Assembly: GCA_001244265.2 (NCBI GenBank)
Contig: CDLV01000004.1
Coordinates: 310,001 to 374,000, forward strand
Direction of reading: 5' to 3'
DNA length: 64,000 nucleotides
Source: Microbotryum violaceum
Taxonomy: Eukaryota
Position 1 is the first letter of the stretch. The number at the start of each line of letters is the position of its first letter. This document shows positions 43,251 through 61,236 of this stretch, one piece after another. The notes under the pieces were generated by a model. That model was not told where the DNA came from. It saw only the letters and a program-made list of their open reading frames with translations, and made no database searches. The translations under genes were made by a program, and so were the position numbers.

Positions 43251-44821
43251 AACCCCAATAGATCTACAACACGACCTCGAACACGATTGGAGAGACCCTG
43301 TATTTATACCTGCCATACGCAAGTAAATCACAATCAGGTTCAGGTCACGGCTTGCGCTGTTAGGTCGACCCCTTGTCCTCTCGGTGGCGACCGCCGGCCA
43401 GGCTCTACTGTGGGGTCAAGGGGGCCCAATCGACAACCTATAACGCTCTCAACTATGTGCACAGAGGCCAAGCGGTTCCGAATCAGAAGTCCCGGAGGAC
43501 AGCACGCTGAGCTAGCATATTTCCATGAGAGGGCTACTAGCCCCTACGTGAAGTAGGTGTTTTAACCATTAAGCTAATCTCGCAGTTCCTCCAGCTCCCG
43601 CAGCCCGCAGCCGGCGTGCGGCGTGTTGGAATTTCGTTTCCGTAATTTCCGGCTTCAATAAGCACCACGAGAATTTTGAAGCAAATGATTCCTACCCCAA
43701 AAGTCAGGACATAGCCAAACGTCCCCATCACGGATTTCTCTCGCAGATCCGTTCCGACCAGTAAAATCGACGGCTGGCTCGACGAAGAAACGAAAGCGAC
43801 CGCCGCGCGGTCCCACCCCTCTCTCCTCCCATCCACCCACATCCCACACGGTAAGTCACTCATCCAAACCCAGTTATACGCCGAGCTATGACGACAATCA
43901 TGCCTTGATAGGGACATCACGAACACCTTCCTCCTTTTGGGGGGGAAGGTGGCCTGTTGAGAAACGTTCGATCAGCTAGTTTAAACTGAGCTCATCGTCA
44001 CCCCCCGTTCTTTACTGATGAAGGAGAAAGGGAACTCATACGATTTGAATCGTTAACTTTGACGCATGATGCTGACACTGTATACGTTGGCTTTGTTCAG
44101 TCCAGGTTGCAAGTGATCGATTGCGGTGGTTGGGCCGTGGTTGCGAAGCTTTTCCTCTGCGCCATCATCATTGCTCGACCCGCGCTCGATTCCGACTTCA
44201 TGTTGTATCCTATGTCTTCCCTTATATTTGACAATCCACAATCCAAATTGATTCTTCTACTCTCCGCATCGAGGAGCCAGGTCCTTGAGATCATGCATCT
44301 GGTTGAGCCTGGCAGGGTCGCATGCGTGGCCGTGTGAAGACGCTGGCTCCAGCCCACGTACTACTTGCTCACCTCTTTTCAAACGAGGCTGTCGTCGTCT
44401 CTAGAGACGCACTCGTGGCCTTTTGACGAGTCACCGGGTTGGCAGACCTTGCCGAGCAGGCGGGCCTTGCAGATTTCGCGCTGCAGCGGACTTCTCGAAC
44501 AGGAGCATTGCACTTTAACAGCTTGTTGTCAATCACGGCGCATTCCCATCTTTGTGACCGACAAAGCTATCTTCCTCTTGCCATGTTCCGGCCCGTCTCA
44601 ATACGGTCACGGATCACCACTGCAATGCTTGTGCTACAAGTAGCCTCTTAATCCGAAAAGCTTTCATAATGCAGCATCGTGACTTTTCCACATTGTCAAG
44701 AGCCGGTCTCAATATGTATCACTGACAGTCACCGGTTCGGCCTGAAATGAGCTCCTGAGCGATGAGCTCGTGAGCCTTTCGGTTTCGTAAGCAACCCAGC
44801 CGGAACACAGCGCAAACAGGC

Positions 44822-44985
44822 GCAAACTCGCGCAAAGGCCCAGATCGGCAGGTCCGTTAACCCAGCCAAATGAGCTCCCCCGCGGGCGAGTTAAGGCAGC
44901 TTTTTTGTTTTTTGGCCCGGTTGGAGGTTGGTACAGGTCGGGTGCACCAATGCCCTCCCCACCCCATCCCACCCGGCGCAGTGCA
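44822..44985. repeat. Left imperfect TIR of KDZ family 1
   Basis: Aligns by eye to the reverse complement of 7490-7652; the outer limit is approximate. Confidence 0.65.
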
Positions 44986-45681
44986 CCTCAAAGGGTCATA
45001 AGTAATAAGGGGCCACTAGTTCGTGTAAGACTCACCATCATCACGAATAACACTTTCCGAAGACTCCGTCGTAAGTTCGAATTATGTCATAAATGTCATA
45101 CAGCTTGTCGTACTCAGTCCATTCAATTCGTGTAGTTCCGTATACCATCAACTGATATGTGTACGACAGATCCTGTGTAGACCTTTTCTCATATTCGTTA
45201 ATTTGGATACGACGGAGGGAGTACACACCGCGTCTATTGGGCCCGAGGGAGGGATCGGTCGTGGTCCCTGAAATCCTGGATCGGTCCTCGGGCAGACAAA
45301 CGCGTATTCTGAACGGTGTGCACTGAGCATAGAAAATGAATATCTAGTGAAACCTCTTCGGACCGTCGACTTGGGTCCAGCGCCAATCAGTCCTGCATCA
45401 ATTCCTAGAGAGTAATTGAAGAGGCAAAATTGAGGCGGGGCTGTGCGGCCGCACGCGGAGCTCAGATTGGCGAGCGCTCTGCGTTAACACTTTGACCTCT
45501 GCACACTCACGTCAACGCGACAACGCGCATTCTTGACCCACGCCACGCCCCGCATCTCAATACGTTGAAACCTCCCCGCGCCTGTTGAACAAACATCGAT
45601 GCTATTGCCGTCTGGAGGTATGTGGACGCGTTTCCCCGCCTCACATCTCCCTCCTCATGGGCCTAACTGTGTTGCTCCACC

Positions 45682-47588
45682 ATGACGCGACCGTCAGACA
45701 TACGCGTGGGATCTAGGGAAGGTTCTCCGGCAGAGTCTATTTCCTTTGGCGCTCATCCGAGTGAGTGCTCTTGTCTGGTGTTCCAACTGAGATCCCTTGT
45801 AGCAGGGCTGAGAGCAGAGTGCCAGTCATCAACCTCATCCTTCTATCTACTCAATCCTGACGGACAGCTGAAGAAGTCTCTGTTCTCTCACACCTCTTGC
45901 AGGTCGGAGGGACGATCAAAGCCGTCGAGCCTCCTCACAAGCCAGTACAATTCTGGATGAACCGTCTCGACGCCCGACTCGGAAGAGAAAGCGGCGCATG
46001 CCCGTGCCCCAAACCCCTTCGTCCGACTCCGACTCTGACGAGCCCAATTTGGGCGATTCCAGTCAATCCTCGGCTGACGACAGTGACAGTGAAAGTGACA
46101 GTCACAGTCACAGTGAGAGCGAGTTTGAAGATGTCGCGATCGACCATCGAAGAGCTGTCAGGCTCTGGACGGCCATACATGGCTCGCATCGGAACGCGAC
46201 CGGTTGTATGAGTCAAAGAAAGTGGACCTCGCTGAAGCGCTGGGCCGCTCGAAGATATTACTCGGAGCTCAAGATGGCCGCGAAACTCGGCATATCTCAT
46301 GCAAGGCTCGTTCAGGCCGCCAAAAAGTTCGACAGGCTCGCTTCGAAGGGCAATGCGTGGTCTAAATTTCTCTCGGACCCTGTAATCAAGGTTTTACACT
46401 AGCGAGCAAGCAAGGGTGAGTGGTCCTCCGGGCGCTTCCGGTCATGCCCACTCCACTCTCCTACGCTCTCGCTTATGCTTACCGCTGCGTCCGCAATGTC
46501 TGTTCTTACATACCCTGGGTGTGTCAAACGTGCTCAGAATCGGATCAGTCGAAATCGCAATCCATCACCAAACTTGCCGCTCACCTCTGGAACTTCCTGA
46601 GAGACCAGGGGGACCTCGCATCTGCCCAACTTGGCGAGGACGACGAAGAGCTTGTTCGCGCGGCTTTTGCAGCGGCAGAGGCCGGAGGTAATACGACTTT
46701 CACTTCGATAGTACCACCCACCATCATCACACGGTCGCCATCCAACATTCCTTCCCCAACTCGGATGGAGCAATGCAAAAAGTACATTGCAGAGTTGCGA
46801 GACCTGGCGTAACGCATGTCCAAGCTGTACGGAGTGGAAACCCTGGCCTTTATTGTCCCTCGTTATCAAGACGACGTGTCGCCAGCGACGAAGGCGACCG
46901 TGCATTCGATAGGTGGGCTCAGATTTGCAGCTCACTGCAACGACTTCAAGGATCCATCCGGCAATTCCTTGTTGTCTAATTTTGCTTCCAAGATGAGCTG
47001 GGATGAGACACTCAAGGCCAATGAAGCGGCAGATCTGAAAGAGGGTGAGCCTTTCATCGCAAGTTATACGCGCATGAGACCAAGTTACCGTTACCAATTA
47101 TGTGACATATGTTTTCGTCTCATCTATCAGCAAGAACTCGCTCGATGGACAGTGCTACTCGTGGCGTTCTTGGCAAATGACACGGCACTCTGTTCCGCGC
47201 CCAACTCAGTAAGTAGTCTGCATCTGATCGGGCTCGACTCCGTGCTAATCATTTCCGTCTTTACAGACTCTGCCCTCGAGACTATACATCGCCGTTCCGA
47301 CACGGGATCATCGACAGGCGCTTTCACACCTCAGAAGAAGATGATATGGTCTACCCAGGGCTTGAAGGCACTGGGTGCCAAATGCGGATCAAGCCCGGGA
47401 CGAAGAGTAGATACGAAATGGCTCTGCATCATAGTGCAGAGACATCGCCCAAGCAAACCGTTGCTCAGCTCAAGGCTATCATTGACGACCTCCGTCACGG
47501 CCGCCTCGCTATCGTACCCTCGGCGGACCCGAACGACAACACGGAGGCAGAAGCAAGCGACAATGACTTGGCGGAGAAGGACCCCTGA
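45682..47588 (+). pseudogene. HMG-box-like KDZ partner gene, copy b, with premature stops
   Basis: Phase-consistent intron 45761-45902, RKRKRR motif, GNAWSKFLSD, intron at 46416. In-frame TAG at 46400 and TAA at 46810 (CAA in copy a). Confidence 0.65.
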
Positions 47589-48732
47589 GCCCAAGATTTG
47601 GTGGAGCCGGGGACGAAGGCGGAGAGGTACTCGGCGGAGAAAAAAGCGGAGAAGGGTGGCGGAGGAGACCGGAGGATGAATGAAGCAAAACATCGTCGAT
47701 GTGAGACCGTTCTGATGTCTTTCTTTGGGCATACTATGCTCTGAGTCGGTCTGCAAGATGACCGATATTTGTTATGTCTCTGTGGTTTGTGACGCGTCTT
47801 TCAGTGTAGATCCTTGAATTTAGTTTCAGATGATTGTCATGCACGCATACAGCGTCTCAGCTGCCATCTTGATTGTGGCAATTAATCTTAACAGGATTGT
47901 AAATCAATACGATCAGAACGCTCATTCTGTCAGGCTCCGCCAAGATCACTGGGCATACTCGAAACCCCCCCCCCCCCCAGCGGACTGTTTCCTACGTCAA
48001 GGCCCGGGGCCCCTGTGTGCTCCGGGCGCCGGCATCCCGTTCATCCACGGCCCCCCTTCCAGAGATTACGCTGGAGTCTTTCTTCACAACCAATCGTTCC
48101 GCACCTTTGTCCTACAAGGACTCGGGGCGCACCGCATGGGCCGCAGCACAACGGTGTGGCGCTCGCATCCAGGCAAGGCGACATCTCTGCGCATCTATTT
48201 ACCTTTGGGTCAACGAAATTAGAATAGCACTCGGCCGACGCATCTCCTCTTTCTTCTTCTTCTTCTTCTTCTGAACTTGTGATGTACAAGCAAATGGCCA
48301 TACACCTTTTCCAACTTCGACCTCATCGCCGTTTCTTGCGCCTCCCGTTTCAAACACACTTGGGAACCGATCCCTCCTAATCATTATCATATCCATGTAT
48401 CCATGCTTCGTCCGAAGGCACCGTACCATTGACCGGGTCTCGTTGCACAAGTCTGTTTGACCTTTTGGCCTACCGTTATCTTCTTCCCTTAGATACAATC
48501 TGACTTCACCTTCGTGTCGGACCGGTTGCCACTGCATAACCCTTAACTGCCTGCGCGCCGCAAAACCGGACGGTGGACAACTGTGAGGGCATTCGGTGGG
48601 AATGCAATACAGGGGTCAGACGACAGCTCGACCTCTCCTTTCATGTCCCATCCTGAATTCACCCATCGTCGCAACTATAAGACCCAACTGAAGACCAAGA
48701 AGTTGACCATCACAATGATGACAAGACGGTAT

Positions 48733-53401
<4,669 letters not shown>

Positions 53402-54328
53402 GGTATGTCCCGTCGAAAAGAACTCTGAAAACACCCTCCCGGTTTGGGTACTTTCAGTCTGACTCCAACACGACGTGTTGTCCACCTTGGGTTTGAGCCC
53501 TGATTGGTGTCAAAAGACTATATGACCTGCCATCGCCGAAAACCACGGCAGGGCAGTCGGTCGGTCGATATTAGAAGGAGGCCTAGGCCACAACAGCGTG
53601 CAGAACTCTCAAGCCGCCTAATGCGATGAGAAAACGTAGAGCAACGACAGAGCAAGGGGTGTATCAAGGTGAGTCTGACTCGCTCGTGGCTTTGTTCAGT
53701 AAAATACAGCACAATACTTCGGGTATGGGTGACTATGACTTGCTGCAGTTCGACTGTTGAAACGCAAGCGCCCGTGATGACGTACTTCGCATCGAGATTA
53801 CAGTGAGCGTGTGAACTACGCAGGAAGGAATTGCGACAAAGCAGTACGCTGGATCAGGACTTCGTTCAAGTATACATCAAAATGTAGTCGGCAGTGTTGG
53901 AATATAATAAGTACTTTTGCAATCCCTGCTGACTGTTTGGGAAGTGTCACCCAAGGCACGACGCGGACTGCGCATGTGACTGACTGGCAGGGAGCGCGGT
54001 CTACATGTAGGAGATCTCAGTGCAGTCAGTGCAACAAAGATGCAATGGACGCTTGTGTTCACTCCCTCAGTGTAGCGCGCTCTTCCTCTAAATCTTACCG
54101 GTCGTGTTGGGCTCCGGCTGCCAGCTTTACTCGAGCGACATTAGGCGAGCCACCGCAAGATCGAGCGATTTAGCGATGCCGGGTCTTGGATGTCTGATCG
54201 CTCTTGTTGCACTTCCGGGCGAAGCGTCGTATAACGGGTAGAATTACTAGCGAAATGAACGCATCATTGATCTCTTTACTAGTGCAAGTAGCAACTGGGC
54301 AAAAGACTGCAACTATATATGATCAATA

Positions 54329-54944
54329 TCAAATCCCCCAAAAAACATCGCCATCGTCTTCATCAAAGTCCTCGTTGATCTCGTCACTGAAGGCGCCGTA
54401 ATCGGTAGTGTCGACGGAATGATGACTCAGATCATCGCCCGAATGATCAATGATGTCAAGAAGGGTGTCATGATCCGTGGTGATGTCGTCTGACTCTCCG
54501 ACCATCCCATCATTGATGCAGTCTGGCCATGTGTGATCCGGCAAGCCACCCGCTGAGATTCGTTGAAAAACATCAACGTCGTCGGTGCACCACATTCGAA
54601 GCTCGACCCACTCCTCCACTTGCGGTTCGCCGGTTTGCCGGGTGCATTCCCACAGGTGATCTAGGCCGCCCTTCGAAAACCATCGGCGCGCAATATTTCT
54701 AAGACGCTCTTCTTCTTGCTCGAGCATCATCATCGCAGAGTCATCCTGCTCATCTCGTTGGATTGATTGCTGGCGAACTTGCTGAAACCTCTTGCGACGG
54801 CTTATCAGCCACCGTCCAATGCGACGCACTTCCCATGCAAGTCGCTTGATTTCTTGCTGGCATCTTGCGCGAGACAATACTGCTGGAATGCCGACACTAA
54901 CATCATCTTCGTAGGCCCACGGCTCAGTGGAATGACTATATAAT
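54329..54944 (-). pseudogene. 3' remnant of the family 1 KDZ transposase
   Basis: Near-identical to 3194-3809. Confidence 0.85.
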
Positions 54945-57900
54945 CGAACCGTCGAGAGGGCGGGTTTCCTGCAATCATCTCATCGGACTCCCCAAACTCC
55001 CTCCCGCAATCTGCGCACGGATTACGGCACGGGTCTCGCCCCGAACCTTGCGAGCCTTTTGCTCGGCAGTTCGCACGTCCGCAAAAACGACAGTGCTTTT
55101 TACGCCTTTTTCCGGCTCCCTCGACTCCATCATCAGCGGTCAAAGCAAGGGTCGCCGCACTTGTTTCTTGGAAAGCCTGTATGGCGACAGTTTGAGGTTC
55201 TGAAGCGACCACCTCCGCTTCCGAGCGCCGCCCCAGGGTTGGCGGAGCATGTCCGATCAAAGGTTTTGTCGGCAGCATGTCGACGTCTTGAGCGCGATCT
55301 GGGTCAAGCACTTTTTTTGGAGCGTCTTGATGTCATCCCCTGCCATTGCCAAAGTTGCTTGAGCATTGGCGAGCGTCGTACTTTTTGACATCCAAGTGAT
55401 GATGTGCTCGGGCATCTATTGAATGGCACGAACGTCGTTAGCCCGGTTCGCGTGCGAGTCGGTGTGAGTGAAAGAACGCCCACCTTATAGAAGACACCAT
55501 CACCATCTGCGTAATGATTCCAATCTCGAGTTATCTTGTTCACGCGCTTCTCTTCGCTCCAGTCTGGTGGCACGCGGCTGAGCAAGTACTTGAAGAGCGC
55601 GCGCTCTTTTGGAGAGTGCTCGTGCAGAATCACAAATCGAGTTCCTTGGCGTTCAGCAAGCCAGTCATGCCGAGGCTTCAGACGTTGTACTGTTAAAGTT
55701 GTCGATGTTGGCCAGCTACGTGGTTTCCACTCGAGAGGTTCCGAGCGTGGGACAGGGGTGAGAGGCACATACGTCTCGAGGTTGAGCCCTGACTGGGAGC
55801 TCTTTAACAAGTCGACGCGTGCCACACCTAAGCGCTCCGAGGACTCCGCGTATAGCGTCGGATCGATGATCTTGGAGGCTGTGGACTCGCGGACAGGCAA
55901 AAGATGTGCGGTTTTTTGTCGCAGTCGATACAGATCCAGAGTGAGCCATAAGTCGAAATGACCGGTGAAAGCCACCCCAGTGCGATTGTATGTGCCAACC
56001 TGCAAGTTTGAATCGTGAATGAGCTTCTTGTTGCTTGTAGTCAACACGACCGATAAACGTGCCGACTGACTGTAAGATTGTGTCCTAGTACATAGTCCAG
56101 CAGGCGAGCGTTTGCATGACGCGGAGTGACGCCTGACTTAGCGAAGCGCGCGCGGAGATTTCGATGGATGCCACCTTCGAGGCCGTTCGTGCCGCGCCGA
56201 CATGAATACAAGCGGACACCATCATCAGCTGTTCCATCAGGTCCACGACAACGTCCGAGGTCGGTGTAAAGCTCGATGCCCACTGGATCAGAAAGCTGTC
56301 CCTTTCGAACGAGTTCGAGACACCTTTTCGCGGCGAGGAGTGCAGCCTTATTGAAGAGGGGCTGCTTTGTTTTAGCATCGAGCAACGACCCGAACGCCTC
56401 GAAAACTTCCCTGACCAATGGCTCAAGAATGCTTGGAGGAGGAATCGTTCGTCGGACACGCTTCCAGATGTATTTGGCGTGAGCGGGCGACCGTGTGGCT
56501 TCGTCGAAAGTCATCATCGCTTTGGCGACTCGTATCGACACTAGGTGCTTGTCGTCTAGGTTGACGACATAGATGGCATCGGAGAGAGCGCGAAGGAAAG
56601 CTCTTGTAGCTCCGTGCTTTTTCGATAGATAGATCCTCTGGAAAAAATGGAAGGTATCCATGAGAATTCGGGGTTTGGGATCATCGAGCGACGAGGCTGA
56701 CCAGATGAAAGAGATGAAAATCAAATGAGCCTTAAATCAAACTCAACCGAGGAACCGGAGTGACCAACCTTTGTTTCCGTCGGCAGCGTCTAAGATGGCC
56801 GAGATCTCAACCGCAGTCGTCTCGCAACGTTCGAGTAAGAGCGCTTCTTCGAACTCAGCGGTCGCCGCATCGAGACTGTCGTCGAAGTCCTCCGTGTGCT
56901 CTTCCATCTCCGTTTCTCTCGTGCAGGAATTCGCTACGGCGCCAACGTCCAGTGCTTTTGAAAGCGAAGATATCTGAGCCGAGGACAGCGACGGCTTGTG
57001 AGCGGACGTGAACGTGTGAGCTGAGCTGTGGACGGAACTCTCGATGGTGACCTCATCGTCCAAGTCGACCACGAGAGCATCGAGCGCAAAAAGGAACGGG
57101 AATGATCCGTCACCGCATTGGGAGCGAACGTTGCTGTCAGTGTTCTGTTGAATTGAGAACGCTCGTAAGGCCAAAAGATCGCGCTGTGAAAAGTCATCGC
57201 AGTTGGTGTTGTATTTGGGAACGAGCGCTCCAGGAATGAGGATTTGCGTGATGGCAACGACAGCGCGGCTCTTGCCCCATTTGAATCCGTGAAACTCGGG
57301 TGGAGGCGCGCACGTTTCGTCGATCGAGGAATCAACTGTCTGGATGACACCCGCGCGATTGGACGATCAGGTTCATACATGATAGCGACTTGAGTGCCCA
57401 CACACGGAAGTACCAGAGGCGACAATGGTCGCGTGTGACTTTACTGATCGCCTTGTAGACGAGAAGCGACGCGTAGGCGTCGAGTGCAGCGTACATGATG
57501 TGGCGTGGGGGCAGCGTCGTCTCAGCCCAATCCATTGATCGACGAATTGATTCGTCTTTCGGCAGCCGTTTCTTGAGGAAGCGTTTCGAAAAGTGCGCGA
57601 GGCTTCGAGATCCAACTCCTCTCCCGAGCATGTGGCCGCTCAGGTTCGCGTGCTGCGCCAGATCCAATCCACCGCGATGCTTGAAGGTTTCGGTAAGACT
57701 GATCGGATTCTCCTCATCGATCGCAAGTTCCCAGCGCTCCGCGTTCGTGATGGCGTTGACGATGCGAGTGAGGTCGCCAGCAACGCCGACGCCCACCTTC
57801 AAGATATCCGCGCGTTCGAGAAAATGCCGAAAGGGCGGGGGCAAACACCATTTGAAGCACTTTTGTATGATCTGCGAGAGCTGTAGACATGCAACAATTT

Positions 57901-59971
57901 GGTAAGTTTTTTTGTTCGACTTTAAGTGGAAGAGCACGGGTACGAAAAGCTCACTTGAATCACATGAATGAACAAGTCTCCCTCCAGTGATTCCCAGGCG
58001 AATTGGACGACGTCAACGGCTTTCTTGGGGGCCGCAATGGCCATGTTGCGATACGAGTTTGCGGGAGCGGTTGCCCATTTGGCGTCAACACCAACCACAA
58101 GTTTTCCGTCTTTGGGGATGTTTTCTGTTATCTGCCTCAGCACTTGGGTCAACGCGGAAACGGTGTTCACTAGAATAGGGGTCGTCTCAGGAGGTAGCAT
58201 GAGGTCGCCTTGGCGCGGGCCTGCGTTGGTGCCGAGAGTCGGAGCAAGCGAGGGAGCGTTTGTATCAAGAATGTAGTGTCTTGGTCGGGCTGATCCGTGT
58301 AGCAGATGGATGGTTGTTCGTGACCATACAATTTCAGATGCTTCGACATGTCCTCGAGTGGTGATTCGAACGGCGCGTGGCCTTTGGTCGCGGTGAGGAC
58401 GGTGAGTCGAACTTCGCCGTACTCGTTTCCGACCATCAGGAGCGCATGAAAGGGAGGAACGCCATTGATCTTGGCGATTTGCTTCGGGACCTGAGATGAA
58501 GAGAGACTCATTGGGTTAGCACAATTCGAATTGATCAAGGGTTTGCTTGCCCCTTTTCCAAGTTCTCACCTTGTAGCTGTGATCGAGTGACATGATTGTG
58601 CAAGGGCCAAATGAAACATGGTGGCGTATGAGCGACTCGTGTCTGAGAATGGGCAAAGCAAAGAGGGTCAGCAGAGAAGATTAGAAGCAAGTATCCGCAA
58701 TGCTCGATACTACAATCCGGCCTTACTCTTCTATTTTCGCATTGAAAAAATTCGCAAGGACCTTCGATGTTGGCACATAGCCGCAATTGCCCGCCGGGTC
58801 ATCCCAATCACTGATGTCCTGATAAGGTCCCGGCTTTTGGCGCGCGAGCATGGCCGACCTATAGTCGAGCTCTAGCCTGTTGTGGGCGGCACGATGAAAG
58901 CAGACAAGCATGTCGGAAATTTGCTCGGCTCCCAGACCGTAGTGGAAGGAAGATCGCACTAGATCGAACACCTCCGAGGTAATGGCGGTGCGATGTGACA
59001 AACAGAACGGGAACATCGAGCGCAGTGATGGATCCAATTGGACAAGGACCTCTGGCGACCAAGACCGATACGTTTTGGAGCACTTGTAAGAGCGGCCGAT
59101 GAGATAGACGGACTTGCGGAGACCACACGCTCGGCGCGGCCGATCCAAGAACCCGTTCAGCCTCAACATGCCTTTTTTGAGGACGGCTTCGTTGAGCTCG
59201 CACTCCATGCACCGCAGGCCGACACCCGCTCGCTTGTCATCTGGCTAGCCGATCATTAGGAGGGGATCCCAATAGAAGAACTGTGGTGCGTAGATGTCCA
59301 GATTGGCGTTGGAGATGCGGCCGTCATAGAGCCTAGTCCAAGCCGACTTGACAGGTAGAAAACCGTGAACTAGCTCATCACCGCTCTTGTGGTGGCGTGC
59401 TTTGTTGGAATAGTTGTTAACACGCCTGATATGCGCGAGGTGGTGGGTCGTTTGCGTTTGGAGCCAAGCGGGGTGCTTCCAACGTTCACTTCCTTTGGTC
59501 GCCCCTGTGGCGACTTCATCTTCGTCGCCGTCGTAAAGCTCGCCGCCTCCTCCATTGCAAAGGGGTACGCCAGCCTCGATGAAATCTGACGCCTGCGTGA
59601 AGGCTTTTACCTCTACTGGCAATGGCCGAGTTGACTGCGGGCGTTGCTGGCTCGAGTTGGCGATGGTGGTTGAGCTGGAGAGCCCCGCGACACGTTGCTG
59701 AACGTTGGGCGAATTTGATTCCGAAGGACTAGAGGCATTGGAGCTCGAGCAAACGAGCTGAGGCGCTTGAGGGCTTGAACGGATTCCTTGCGATGCGAAC
59801 GATAGTTTCGTTTTACTACCTCTATATACGAAAAAGGTGAGTTAAGGTATGTACCTAAAATCGCTGTTTTTGACTAGGTTGCGGCCCGGAGGGCCGCCTG
59901 TGGTGGATGTACCAGCCACTTTTGTGTCTGCCGCACCTGCCTGTGGCGTCGGGGTTCCGATCAGAAGTCAT
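54945..59971 (-). pseudogene. Putative DDE transposase (DUF6729-like N-terminus) with an inserted DnaQ/WRN-like 3'-5' exonuclease domain, multi-exon, disrupted
   Basis: PQFFYWDPL, PRR..GL...YLIG..YKC, FPFCLSHR; MSLDHSYK, GNEYGEVR, ICYTD; exonuclease VGVDAKW, FLERADILKVGVGV..D, DW....L....MYAALDAYAS; then MDTFH, RVRRTIPPP, LSDP, RGTNGLEGGIH, GHFDLWL and a Cys-rich tail. The start is approximate. Confidence 0.7.
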
Positions 59972-60453
59972 GTAAAAGCCCTGTGGTGACTTTTGTATTA
60001 CCCGCGCCGTTCCAACGAAGCTACAGCGCTCCCAGTATTTTCTTTCCTTTTTCAGTTGAAGTCAAACAATGCTTACACTTATATTGCATTTAATGGACGG
60101 CAAGCGCGTGGCTTTGCGTGACATTGGCGCCTGGCGGCTGACGCGCGGGCGAGGGCTAACATTTGTCACGTGATGCGGCGCGCCCGCCGTGTCATGGCCC
60201 GTCCGGCAGTCGACCACCGGCATTAGGGGCTAAACAACAAAACAAACCACGTAAATAATACTGTGCCACTCCCTCGAATCTTTCCTTTCTCCCTCCCACT
60301 CTCATCCAATTTTAGTGACACTCATTCAAGAACAAACCTTCGCTACTGTGTAATGCCCCGGTCCCACGGTCGCCAGGGAGGGCCATCGCAACCTCGCCAA
60401 GTCTTGGGCGTGAGGGTAGCGCCGTACCATAGGACCCCCGAAAGCCCAGCCGG

Positions 60454-60590
60454 AGGCGCATTTTTTTTTTTTTTTTGACATTTTGAGGACCCAAAATCCT
60501 GAAAATCGTCGAGGCGCATTGCAAAAAATTGACATTTGGGACGAAACACACGTTTCGCCCCCGAGGCGCATGTCCAGAATTTTGACATCT
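60454..60590. repeat. Three spaced GAGGCGCAT...TTGACAT modules, probable subterminal repeats
   Basis: Modules start at 60454, 60511 and 60563, upstream of the exonuclease-transposase. They are followed by CGCCT repeats ending near 60726. Confidence 0.55.
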
Positions 60591-61236
60591 TCCCGTGATT
60601 TTGGCCTACCCTTGTTGAACTGCATTCTGCCAAGCCTTCGAACAATTCGACTTCGGGCCGCCGTTTGACGGGCTTGTCCGCCTTTCGCCTCGCGCCTTCG
60701 CCTTGGCGCCTTGACACGCGCACCTCTGGCTATATATCTAAGCACACCAAAAAGTGGCGCGCGCGGCGCCCCTTCCAGCGCCACTCTTAAGCGGCGTACC
60801 CATACAGGTTGCCCCCCCCCTGCAACCCGGGTTGTTCGAGGGCCCGAGGCCAAGGGCACACGGAGGCTTGTGTGGGCTCCAACAGTTTCATCTCATGTAC
60901 GTGTGTGCTCAAATCAGGTTATTCTAGTCATCGTAGTGTGTAATTCGTATTTGGAACACTCAGCGTCAATTTTTTCGGTAAATTATCAGCGAGGAGAGGT
61001 TCGATTAGGAAACATCATTACTAAAGTGATAAAATGGCATTATTGAACGTGATAGAGTCTCGTGCCCTTTCACCACGCTAACAAACGCAAGCGACACTGA
61101 GTGACAACGAGCGACTTGACGCCTTTTCACGCTTGACGCGCCGCTATCGACCACGTGCAGTCCTGGTCTTACCCCTTCCTGTCGCCGTTACGCTCTTCGT
61201 CATATATCTATACTTGACGCCATCCGACGATCCGAT

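Noticed and set aside
43924-43980. Helitron 3' end (hairpin CACCTTCCTCC/GGGGGAAGGTG followed by CTAGT)
   Set aside because: The hairpin is real, but it lies 24 nt from CTAG, longer than typical. No Rep/helicase or matching 5' end was seen.
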